From Rhodospirillales bacterium (lineage in GTDB: Bacteria; Pseudomonadota; Alphaproteobacteria; Rhodospirillales; UBA2165): a stretch of DNA of 59,090 bases. The position numbers were made by a program, and so were the translations under genes. Positions 28,747-37,454 of this stretch are shown piece by piece (positions within the stretch are counted from its first letter, which is position 1; each line of letters starts with the position of its first letter). A model generated the notes under the pieces. The model was given only the letters and a program-made list of their open reading frames with translations, was not told the origin of the DNA and ran no database searches. The DNA lies in NCBI GenBank assembly GCA_028823885.1, contig JAPPFK010000051.1, positions 1 to 59,090 on the forward strand, written 5' to 3'.

Positions 28747-29841
28747 ATGCCCGATGACGATAAATTCCAGCATACCGCCAAAGACGAACGCATTCTCGCG
28801 GTGATCGAGCGTTGGGCGCCGAGGTTTATTTCGAATGGCGTCCCGCTGACCGACTACCAGGAAGTGATGGACGGGCTGGAGGTCTGGGACGACTGGTGCG
28901 GCCATTGGGCCGCCCGGGCATCCGAGCACGAGGCGCGCGGCCGCGAGGCCCTGGAAGCCGGACTAACCATTTCGGCCGCGCAGCATTTGGATACGGCCGG
29001 GGTGCTCTATCACTTCGCCAAATTCGTTTTCGTCAACGACATGGAGCAACTCAAGGCTACACATGCCAAAGCCGTGGAATGCCGGAACCTGGCGCTGCCC
29101 CACCTGGACCCGCCCGGCGAGCGGATCGGGATCCCGTACAAGAACGGCACGCTCTATGGAAATCTGCGAAAGCCGGCCGGGGTGGCGCGTCCGCCCCTGG
29201 TGATCATGTGCATGGGGATGGATTCGGCGAAAGAGGAAATGGGCACCAACGAAGCGCATTTCCACAAACGGGGCATCGCCACCCTGGCATTCGACGGTCC
29301 CGGGCAAGGCGAGGGCGAGTACGATTTTCCCATCAACCCGGCCTACGAGGAAGCGGTGACGGCCGTGTGCGACGCGGTCACCGCCCGTAACGATGTCGAT
29401 GCCGGGAACATGGGCGTGTGGGGTGTCAGCTTCGGCGGATACTACGCGCCCCGGGCCGCGGCGTTCGAGAAACGGTTGAAGGCCTGCATCTCCATTTCAG
29501 GGCCGTTCCATTTCGGCGCCCTCTGGGAGCAACGGGCCACCAACGAGGTATTCGTCGTCCGGTCCCATTCCAAATCCGAGGACGAAGCCTACGAGATCGC
29601 CAAACAGGTCGATCTCCGGGACTGCGCCAAGGAGATCACCTGCCCGCTCTACATCGTCGGCGGCGAGCTTGACGTTCTGACGCCCCCCGAAGAGCAGGAG
29701 GCGCTCGCCGCCGCCGCGTCGGGCCCGGTCGAACTCAATATCCTGAAGGGCGGCAACCACTGCGCCAACAACCTGCGCCACAAGTACAGCCCGCAGAGCG
29801 CCGATTGGATGGCCGGCCATCTGGGTGGCCACGTCGGTTAG
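28747..29841 (+). CDS. Alpha/beta hydrolase (2,6-dihydropseudooxynicotine hydrolase-like C-C hydrolase family)
   Basis: ATG is 8 nt after GGGAGG. An N-terminal helical domain (LYHFAKFVF), then GVWGVSFGGYY (nucleophile elbow GxSxG). Confidence 0.75.
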   Translation: MPDDDKFQHTAKDERILAVIERWAPRFISNGVPLTDYQEVMDGLEVWDDWCGHWAARASEHEARGREALEAGLTISAAQHLDTAGVLYHFAKFVFVNDMEQLKATHAKAVECRNLALPHLDPPGERIGIPYKNGTLYGNLRKPAGVARPPLVIMCMGMDSAKEEMGTNEAHFHKRGIATLAFDGPGQGEGEYDFPINPAYEEAVTAVCDAVTARNDVDAGNMGVWGVSFGGYYAPRAAAFEKRLKACISISGPFHFGALWEQRATNEVFVVRSHSKSEDEAYEIAKQVDLRDCAKEITCPLYIVGGELDVLTPPEEQEALAAAASGPVELNILKGGNHCANNLRHKYSPQSADWMAGHLGGHVG

Positions 29842-29856
29842 AGGCGCTAACGCCCC

Positions 29857-31572
29857 TTAGTAATCCGCGCCGCAGATCACGTTGAGCACGGCGGGCCTCC
29901 GGTCCACCGTCACCGCCTTGATGGCCCGGTCCAGCGCGCCCGCCAATTCAGCCGGATCGTCCACCCGCTCGCCATGGCCGTCCATCATGTCGGCCACCAT
30001 CTCGAATTTGGGCGACGGCTCCAGGGTGGACATGGCCATGCGGTTGGATTGGACCGCCTTGCCCTGGGGATACATGGACATGGTCGCCCGCTGAACGGCG
30101 AACCACCGCGCGTTGTTGAGCACGATCGAGAGGATCGGCTTGTCGTAGGCGGCGGACACCTGGGTCGCCGGAACCGGGTTAGAGAACATGTACGATCCAT
30201 CACCCGTCGCGGAGACGCAAAGCCGGCCGTTGGCGCCAAAACGCGCGCCAATCGTCGCGCCGGTTCCCCAGCCCAAGCCGCCGGCGAGCGGCGTCCCGAA
30301 ATGGGTGCGCGGTTTGGTGTTGGGCATGAACGGCAGCTGCAGGCCGTAGTCATTGAAGATCATCGCTTCGCCGTCCGTCGCCTGATCCAGGCAATGGGAT
30401 ATCCAGGCGGGGTGAATGGGCGCGCCGGCCTTCGCCTTCCGGAGAGCGCCTTTCATCCGCTCGGCGCGGGATTTCTGGATTTCCCTTATCCGCTTCCGCC
30501 GGGCGTCGGCGCGCTTCTTCACGCCGTTTCTTCGCCCACCCAAGGCGTCGTTCAGCATCGGCAACGCGGACTCCAAGGTGCTCGTAATGGCGAGTTCGCG
30601 CGGGAAGCCGCGGATGGGGTAATTCTCGAACAAGGGATCGGCGCCGATCTGAATAATCCGGCAATCCTCGGCCGGCGGCGACTGCATCTGTTTGGTGAAC
30701 GGCGCATCCGTGTCCAGGGTCACGATGACATCGGCCTCGCTGACGTGGGGTTTGGCATCGAACCCCAGGTTCATCGGATGGTCGCCCGCGAGCCCATTGG
30801 TGCAAGGCCGGTATTCGAGGACGGGAATGGCAAATGCCGACGCCAAGGCGTCCAGCGCGGCCGCGCTCTCGGCGCTGCGGCCGGCATTGCGCGAAACGAT
30901 CAGCGGATTTTCGGCCCTGGAGAGAATGTCCGCCGCCTCGTCGATGGCGTTGGCGTCGGCGGCCGCCGGGACAGCGGGCCGGCGCAGGCTTCCGTCACCG
31001 ATTTCGGGCAACTCGACGTCCATGCCCAGCACTTCCCGCGGAAGCGAAAGATAGACCGGCCCGCTGGGCTCGCTCCGCGCCAGTTCCAGCGCCCGGTCGA
31101 CCACCGAGGCGACCTGCGCCCCGTTGCGGAGTTCGTAGTCCCATTTGACCAGCTCGCGCAGCATGCCCGCCTGGTCGAACATCTCCTGGGCCCAGTGAAT
31201 GCCGGCATTTCTCGAGCCATGAAGTTCAAACTCGGTGAGCGGGGTCCGGCCGGCGGTGAACAGGATCGGAACACGGTCCCGGCTGGCGTTATAGAGCCCG
31301 CAGATCGCATTCGCCGTGCCCACCGTCACGTGCACCATGACCGCGGCAACCTTGCCGGTGGCGAGGTAGTAGCCATGGGCCATGGAAATGGCGACGTTCT
31401 CATGGGGAACGGTAATCGGCTCGGGCAGCTTGGACTGGTCCTTGACCGCCGCGTAAGCCTCGATGATCGGGGCGAAGTCGGTGCCCGCGTTGGCGAAGAT
31501 GTAATCCACGCCCCGGCTCTTCAGCAGCCGGAGATATACCTCGGCGACAGTGACCTTCCTTGATTTCGGCAC
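29857..31572 (-). CDS. Thiamine-diphosphate-dependent enzyme (acetolactate synthase/benzoylformate decarboxylase superfamily)
   Basis: 571 aa. N-terminal Pyr domain (VDYIFANAGTDFAPIIEA...HENVAISMAHGY) and C-terminal PP domain (GDGSYMFSNP...NN). Confidence 0.85.
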   Translation of the reverse strand: MPKSRKVTVAEVYLRLLKSRGVDYIFANAGTDFAPIIEAYAAVKDQSKLPEPITVPHENVAISMAHGYYLATGKVAAVMVHVTVGTANAICGLYNASRDRVPILFTAGRTPLTEFELHGSRNAGIHWAQEMFDQAGMLRELVKWDYELRNGAQVASVVDRALELARSEPSGPVYLSLPREVLGMDVELPEIGDGSLRRPAVPAAADANAIDEAADILSRAENPLIVSRNAGRSAESAAALDALASAFAIPVLEYRPCTNGLAGDHPMNLGFDAKPHVSEADVIVTLDTDAPFTKQMQSPPAEDCRIIQIGADPLFENYPIRGFPRELAITSTLESALPMLNDALGGRRNGVKKRADARRKRIREIQKSRAERMKGALRKAKAGAPIHPAWISHCLDQATDGEAMIFNDYGLQLPFMPNTKPRTHFGTPLAGGLGWGTGATIGARFGANGRLCVSATGDGSYMFSNPVPATQVSAAYDKPILSIVLNNARWFAVQRATMSMYPQGKAVQSNRMAMSTLEPSPKFEMVADMMDGHGERVDDPAELAGALDRAIKAVTVDRRPAVLNVICGADY

Positions 31573-31699
31573 GGTAATTCTCCCCTTTCGGCGAACCTCG
31601 CCGTTAATTTTCTCTCGGTAGCTTGGCCCTCACTATATCAGCCGCCGGGCACTGGCAAATCCGCTCAAACCCCGTGTCCCGCAACCGGACAGGCAGGCC

Positions 31700-32356
31700 T
31701 CATTTCGAGATCAACATGCTCTCGTAATTGCCGCCCATGACCTCGCTCACCGGCCGGCCGGCCTCGACGGCCCGGGCCATGTCGGCTTCCTTGGCGGCTA
31801 TTTCCTCGGCCTTTCGGACCACTTCTTCGGCCCGGTCCCGCGGCACGAAGACGACCCCCGATCCGTCGGCCAGAACCAGGTCGCCGGGCCGGACGTTCAC
31901 GTCGCCGACGGTAATCGGGACGTCCCATTCCAGTTCGGCAATTCGCCCGCGGGCGGTGAACGAGGTCGCCTGCCGGGCAAACACCGGATAGCCGGCCTCT
32001 CGGCTCTCATCCATATCCCGCGCCGGCCCGTCGACGATGGTCCCGGACAACCCCTTGGCGGCCGCGGCCCGGGAGAGGATGCCCCCCCAGCCCGCGGCGA
32101 TCTCGGTGGCGTGGTTTTCGATCACCACCACATCGCCGGGGGCGGCGGCGTCGACCGCCGCGGTACAGAGATGGCGTTTCGGAATATCCGGGCTCGGCGG
32201 GCCCAGCCGGACGGTTTGCACCCTGCCGCCGAAACGCCTGGTCACCGAATGGGCGTCGAGCCCGATCACGGTTCCCGGCACCCCGAGCGCATCGCAGGCA
32301 TCGGAAAGCGCACAGGTATCGACGGCTCGAAGTCTATCAACAAGGCTGTCGCTCAT
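31700..32356 (-). CDS. RraA-like / class II HMG-CHA aldolase family protein (LigK/GalC-like)
   Basis: Start MSDSLVDRLRAVDTCALSDACDALG, and GGILSRAAAAKGLSGTIVDGPARD is typical of the RraA family. Confidence 0.8.
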   Translation of the reverse strand: MSDSLVDRLRAVDTCALSDACDALGVPGTVIGLDAHSVTRRFGGRVQTVRLGPPSPDIPKRHLCTAAVDAAAPGDVVVIENHATEIAAGWGGILSRAAAAKGLSGTIVDGPARDMDESREAGYPVFARQATSFTARGRIAELEWDVPITVGDVNVRPGDLVLADGSGVVFVPRDRAEEVVRKAEEIAAKEADMARAVEAGRPVSEVMGGNYESMLISK

Positions 32357-32367
32357 GGCGCTGACCT

Positions 32368-33345
32368 CTAAAGATTGAAGATGCGTTCCGCGTTCTTCGA
32401 CTTGATGGCGTCGTGGGCGTCCGCCGGCAGGCTCTCGACACGCTCCAGGCAGCCCTTCATATCGCCCACGTTGTGCGGATAGTCGGACCCGTAGAGGATC
32501 CGGTCCTTGCCGGCCACGCTGAGGCACAGATCCAGCCCGTCGCCGGTATAGGAAATCGAATCGAAATAGAGCCGTTCGAAATATTCGCTTGGATGCCGGT
32601 CGATTTTCTCGCGCGCCGGCGGCATGTTGTCCCAGGCGGTGTCCAGGCGGCCCACCAGATAGGGCAACGCGCCCCCCGCGTGACAGGCGATGATCTTGAG
32701 CTTCTGGTGGGTATCGAAGAAGCCGTCGAAGATCATCCGCGAAATGGCGAGGGTGGTGTCGAACATGAACCCGACCGAGAACACCAGATTGAACCGCTGC
32801 ATGTCCATTTCACCGACGCCGGGCGGCGCGCCGGGATGGACGAGCACGGGCAGCGCCCTGTCATCGATCGCCTTCCAGATGGGGGCGTAAAGCGGATCGG
32901 TCAAAGACGTGCCTGCGACACTCGCCGAAACGAACACGCCGACCGCCCCCAACTCGAGAGCGCGCTCGAGCTCGGTCACCGCCGCATCGGGATATTGCCA
33001 GGGCAGCGTGGCAAAGAAGCGGATGCGGTCGGGCCAGCGTTTCTGTTGGGCCGCCATATCGTCGTTCATCATCCGCGCCGTCCCGGTGCTGATCTCCTCG
33101 CCGCCCCAGTAGCAGCTCGGGCAGGTCAGGGACACGATGGCCAAATCGACGCCGCATTCGTCCATGTCCTTGATCCGCTGCTCATAATCGAACATGGGGT
33201 CCATGAGGGTCATGAACGGCGCGCCCGCCTCGTGAATGACACGCTGCCCCATCAGTTCCTTGACCGTGAAGCCGCCGCCGTACTCGACAATGCGGTCGAG
33301 CCACTCGTCGTTGAGCATATGGGTATGGACGTCGATGACGGTCAT
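32368..33345 (-). CDS. Amidohydrolase_2 family protein (ACMSD/LigW-type decarboxylase or hydratase)
   Basis: Start MTVIDVHTHML, and the HxH motif plus ...HAGG...SDYPH are typical of PF04909-type enzymes. Confidence 0.8.
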   Translation of the reverse strand: MTVIDVHTHMLNDEWLDRIVEYGGGFTVKELMGQRVIHEAGAPFMTLMDPMFDYEQRIKDMDECGVDLAIVSLTCPSCYWGGEEISTGTARMMNDDMAAQQKRWPDRIRFFATLPWQYPDAAVTELERALELGAVGVFVSASVAGTSLTDPLYAPIWKAIDDRALPVLVHPGAPPGVGEMDMQRFNLVFSVGFMFDTTLAISRMIFDGFFDTHQKLKIIACHAGGALPYLVGRLDTAWDNMPPAREKIDRHPSEYFERLYFDSISYTGDGLDLCLSVAGKDRILYGSDYPHNVGDMKGCLERVESLPADAHDAIKSKNAERIFNL

Positions 33346-33376
33346 CTGGCGCCTCTCTCGATTCGCGGCCGGCCGG

Positions 33377-34399
33377 TCAGCCGATGTCGAGCTTGAACAG
33401 GTCGACGGCGTTCTGGCTGAGAATCTTGTTCTTGTCCTCGTCCGAGATGAAGTCGATGGCCTGCACCGAGGGCGCGACATCATCCAGCAGCTTTCCGGTC
33501 ACCGGGTGCTTCTGCGAGCCGACCCCCGGGCACTCGGCGCCGAACAGGCAATTCTCCGGACCAACGGTCTTCACCAGCAATTCGACCGCATCCTGGGTAT
33601 AGAGCACCGTGTCGTAATAGAGCTTCTTCATGCGCTCGGAAAACAGTTTCGCCGGGTCTCCCCCGGCGCGTCGGACCGAACCCGCCTCGAAGCGGCCGAG
33701 CTGATAGGGGATGGCGCCGCCGCCGTGCGAGACCAGTATCTTCAGGTCGGGAAAATCATCGAAAACCTGGGAATTCACCAGCCCGAATACGGCCGTGGTC
33801 TCCTCGTTGATGAAGTGGAGGGTATAGGGCTCCCGCTCGGCCCGCGAGCCGGTGCCGTGAATGTGGGCGACGACATCGAGCTCACAGAGTTTCTCGTACA
33901 GCGGATACCAATACCGGTCGCCCATGGGCGGCGGCTGGACGCCCGAGTTCTCGAAGGGGTCGGGATTCAGAAGACAGCCCTTGAAGCCGAGTTCGTTTAC
34001 GCAGCGCTCCAACTCGGCGATGGCCATATCGAGGGGCTCGCCGGCACATTGTGGCAGGCCCGCGATGCCAAAAAACCGGTCGGGATAGATCTGTGTTTCC
34101 CGATGGATGATGTTGTTCACCTCTTCGTGGAACCACTGCACGATGCGCACCGGCTTCTCGGAATGCATCAGTTGGAATGGCCTCGGGCTGACCATCTGGC
34201 GGTCGGTCTTCACATGGTCGATATAATCCATATGAGAGAAGAGACCGATCTCGGCATGCTCTTCGACCGCATGCCGAATTTGGTCGTCGGTAACTTTGAC
34301 CCCGCCCCGGCCGTGGGTCCCGCGGGACGCGATCTGCGATGCTTTAAAGGCCCAGAGCTCCGCCGGGGCACTGACGTGTGCATGACAATCAATGATCAC
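33377..34399 (-). CDS. Amidohydrolase_2 family protein, 4-oxalomesaconate hydratase (LigJ)-like
   Basis: GTG start after GGGAGGA. MIIDCHAHVSAPAELW..SQIAS resembles the LigJ N-terminus as I recall it, and the length (340 aa) also fits. Confidence 0.7.
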   Translation of the reverse strand: MIIDCHAHVSAPAELWAFKASQIASRGTHGRGGVKVTDDQIRHAVEEHAEIGLFSHMDYIDHVKTDRQMVSPRPFQLMHSEKPVRIVQWFHEEVNNIIHRETQIYPDRFFGIAGLPQCAGEPLDMAIAELERCVNELGFKGCLLNPDPFENSGVQPPPMGDRYWYPLYEKLCELDVVAHIHGTGSRAEREPYTLHFINEETTAVFGLVNSQVFDDFPDLKILVSHGGGAIPYQLGRFEAGSVRRAGGDPAKLFSERMKKLYYDTVLYTQDAVELLVKTVGPENCLFGAECPGVGSQKHPVTGKLLDDVAPSVQAIDFISDEDKNKILSQNAVDLFKLDIG

Positions 34400-34469
34400 T
34401 GCCGTTCCTCCCGTTGCGCCGCGTTCGCGGCAATTTTATTTATTGATATCAGATGGTTACGTCTAAAGA

Positions 34470-34478
34470 TGGTATAAT
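34470..34478 (+). promoter_or_regulatory. Extended -10 promoter element TGgTATAAT
   Basis: An exact TGnTATAAT about 170 nt upstream of the first tandem ASST-like gene. The 7-mer AGATGGT is repeated 16 bp apart (34451 and 34467). Confidence 0.45.
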
Positions 34479-34647
34479 TACCTGTGTAGTCTCGCCGGTT
34501 ATCTCCCGACCGTCAAGAAACATGGCCATGGCGTCGTTTCGGACGATTAGAGAATTCGGACACCGTCCTTTCAGTGGTTGAGGGCCGCCAATCGATCTGC
34601 CAAAACTCCCAGCAACAAAATCATCCGATCAGCAGGGACCTGACTTC

Positions 34648-35715
34648 ATGCCCATCAAACCGCCGTCCGGCGTCTCGATCCACAACAAGTCCAAGGCACA
34701 GAAGGGCTTCACGCTTTTGGCGCCGATCAGGAAACCCACGGCCTACCTGATCGACATGCAGGGCAACCCTGTCCACCGCTGGAAGCTCGGGCGCGGCGGC
34801 ATCAACCACGCCATGCTGCTCGACAACGGGAACCTGTTCATTGCCCAACACGGCGACGGCGGCCCGCCGCTCATGGCCGGCAAGGGCGGCCTGCTTCGCG
34901 AATACGACTGGGACGGCAAGGTCGTCTGGGAGCACTACGACGAGATGCAGCACCATGATGCGCGGCGGCTGAAGAACGGCAACGCCATCTACATCGCCTG
35001 GGAACCGCTGCCGAAGAAGCTGCATCGCCGGGTCAAGGGCGGCCTGCCCGGCAGCGAGGCCCCGGACGGCCATATATACGGCGACGTCATTCGCGAGGTG
35101 AACCCGTCCGGCGACATCGTCTGGGAGTGGCGCTCCAGCGAACTCGAGATCGAGGACTATCCGATCGTTCCGCTTTGGAATCGCGAGGAGTTCGCCCATG
35201 CCAATACGGTCGCGCCGATGCCCAACGGCGATCTTCTCGTAAGCTTCCGGGTGATCAACACTATCGTGATCATCGACAAGAAGACCCGGAAGGTGAAGTG
35301 GGAGATGCGGGACGAACGGTTTGGCGGCCAGCACGACTGCCATATGCTTCCCAACCGAAAAATTCTGGTCTTCGCGAACGGGCAGCTCACCGGCTGGGAG
35401 CATCCCCATTCGCGGATCGTGGAAATCGATCCTAAAACCAAGAAGTGGGGCTGGCAGTACCGTGCCGAACGGGGCCTCGACTTTTTCAGTCCGCATATTT
35501 CCGGCGCGCAGCGCCTGCCGAACGGCAACACGCTGATTTGCGAAGGCGGACACGGCCGCCTGTTCGAGGTAACCCGCGAGGGAAAAATCGTCTGGCAGTT
35601 CGTCAATCCCCATCACTCGCCTCACCCGGTGCTCGGCGAGCACAACTGGGTGTTCCGGGCCTATCGCTATACCGCCGACAGCAAACAGATTCGCCGCCGC
35701 GCCAAGCAGTCGTAG
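34648..35715 (+). CDS. ASST-like beta-propeller protein, paralogue 2, no signal peptide
   Basis: 355 aa and collinear with paralogues 1 and 3 (GFTL..P, LIDM.G..VH.W, LREYDWDGKVVWEH, QHHDARRL.NGN, FRAYRY). Confidence 0.7.
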   Translation: MPIKPPSGVSIHNKSKAQKGFTLLAPIRKPTAYLIDMQGNPVHRWKLGRGGINHAMLLDNGNLFIAQHGDGGPPLMAGKGGLLREYDWDGKVVWEHYDEMQHHDARRLKNGNAIYIAWEPLPKKLHRRVKGGLPGSEAPDGHIYGDVIREVNPSGDIVWEWRSSELEIEDYPIVPLWNREEFAHANTVAPMPNGDLLVSFRVINTIVIIDKKTRKVKWEMRDERFGGQHDCHMLPNRKILVFANGQLTGWEHPHSRIVEIDPKTKKWGWQYRAERGLDFFSPHISGAQRLPNGNTLICEGGHGRLFEVTREGKIVWQFVNPHHSPHPVLGEHNWVFRAYRYTADSKQIRRRAKQS

Positions 35716-35737
35716 CCACAGACAGGAAATCCGTCCC

Positions 35738-36805
35738 ATGCCCGTCAAACCCGAACCCGGTGTCTCCATTTGGAAGAAAACCAAGGCCCAGCGCGGCTTC
35801 ACCCTGGTCACACCGATCACCGCCCCCTATACCCGATTGGTCGACATGGAAGGCAATGCGGTCCACGAGTGGCAGCTCAAATCGCAGGACGCCAATTACG
35901 GCCGCCTGCTGCCCAACGGCAATTTGTTCTCCAACGAACGCGAAATGTCCCTCGGCCCGGAGCTATGGGCAGGCAAGGGCGGCGCCATGCGCGAATACGA
36001 TTGGGACGGCAATCTGGTCTGGGAGCATGTCGATGAGATGCAGCATCACGACGCCCGAATGCTGCCCAACGGCCACTGCATCTACATTGCCTGGAAGAAG
36101 CTGTCCAAGAAACACGCCAAGAAGGTCAGAGGCGGCCTGCCGGGCACGGAAATGCCGGACGGCTCGATCCTCGGCGATGTGGTGCGCGAGGTCGACCGCA
36201 AGGGCAAGGTGGTCTGGGAATGGTTCGTCGGCGACCTGAAATTCAAGGATCACCCCATTGGACCGCTTGCGCCCCGGCACGAATGGGCCCATGCCAACAC
36301 CGTCGCGCCGATGAACAACGGCGACATCCTCGTGAGCTTCCGGGTCACCAACACTATCATCTGCATCGGCAAGAAGTCCGGGAAGGTGAAATGGTTCATC
36401 CGGGATGACCAGTGGGGCGGACAGCACGACTGCCATCAGCTTGAGAACGGCAACATCCTGATGTTCGCCAACGGCAATTTCGCCCCGGGGCGCCACCCCT
36501 ATTCCAGGGTGGTGGAGTTCAAGCCGAAGTCGGGGAAACCGGTCTGGGAATACAGCGACGAGAGCAGGCTCAACTTCCTGAGCCCGCACATCTCCGGCTG
36601 CCAGCGGTTGTCCAACGGCAATACGCTGGTCTGCGAGGGCGGCTATGGGCGGCTCTTCGAGGTGACGCCGGAGGGGGAACTGGTCTGGCAATATGTGTGC
36701 GACTACGAAGGCGCGCACCCGGCGTCCGGTAAAATGAACTGGATTTTCCGCGCCTATCGCTACACGGCGTCTTCGCCGGAGATCCGGCGGCGGCTGAAAC
36801 TATAG
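35738..36805 (+). CDS. ASST-like beta-propeller protein, paralogue 3, no signal peptide
   Basis: 355 aa, roughly 55-60% identical to paralogue 2 by eye. It starts 22 nt after paralogue 2. Confidence 0.7.
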   Translation: MPVKPEPGVSIWKKTKAQRGFTLVTPITAPYTRLVDMEGNAVHEWQLKSQDANYGRLLPNGNLFSNEREMSLGPELWAGKGGAMREYDWDGNLVWEHVDEMQHHDARMLPNGHCIYIAWKKLSKKHAKKVRGGLPGTEMPDGSILGDVVREVDRKGKVVWEWFVGDLKFKDHPIGPLAPRHEWAHANTVAPMNNGDILVSFRVTNTIICIGKKSGKVKWFIRDDQWGGQHDCHQLENGNILMFANGNFAPGRHPYSRVVEFKPKSGKPVWEYSDESRLNFLSPHISGCQRLSNGNTLVCEGGYGRLFEVTPEGELVWQYVCDYEGAHPASGKMNWIFRAYRYTASSPEIRRRLKL

Positions 36806-36809
36806 CCGC

Positions 36810-37250
36810 CTACGCCGCCGGCCGCTTGCGCAGCATCACCGGGCGTCCGGCCTTGCCGGCGATTTTCCAGCCGTTATCTGTGCGCACCAGCTTTTCCTGG
36901 TAGAGGAAGATGACGCCGGGCCCCTCCAAGGGCGCCGGGCCGTCCAGCTTCTCTTCACCGATATGCCGGTAGATGGTTACGTATTCGGCGCTCTCGGCGT
37001 TGTCCTCGTCGAGCACGCGGATATCCAAATTCGTGACGCAGTGCCGGATGACCATGCCCTCCTCGCGGTCCTGCATTGCCGCCATGATGGCATCCCGCCC
37101 CTCCAGTACCTCGCCCTGGCGCTTCCAGGTGCCGTCCTCGGCGAAGAGATCGATCAATTCGTCGTAACGGCCTGCATCGAGACTATTGTAGAAGCGCGTA
37201 ACGACCTGCGCGCAGTCCCACTCGATCCGGCGTTCCTTCTCTCTTTCCAT
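36810..37250 (-). CDS. SnoaL-like / NTF2-fold protein
   Basis: Start MEREKERRIEWD, and VVTRFYNSLDAGRYDELIDLFAEDGTW is typical of SnoaL-like domains. Confidence 0.7.
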   Translation of the reverse strand: MEREKERRIEWDCAQVVTRFYNSLDAGRYDELIDLFAEDGTWKRQGEVLEGRDAIMAAMQDREEGMVIRHCVTNLDIRVLDEDNAESAEYVTIYRHIGEEKLDGPAPLEGPGVIFLYQEKLVRTDNGWKIAGKAGRPVMLRKRPAA

Positions 37251-37454
37251 CGGCCTTGTCCCCTGGTTGATCGGTGCGCTCACCGTACAATTTTCTGAAT
37301 ATCCCATCGATACCAATTTTAGCCATTGAAAATGCGCGCGGGGTCCGGTTGACTATTTTCACAGGGAACGGGCTCGTGCCGCGCCATGATTTCGGGACTA
37401 ATCGGAACCGGCGCGGCTCACAATGGGCCGAACATTTGGCATGGGAGGCATCCC

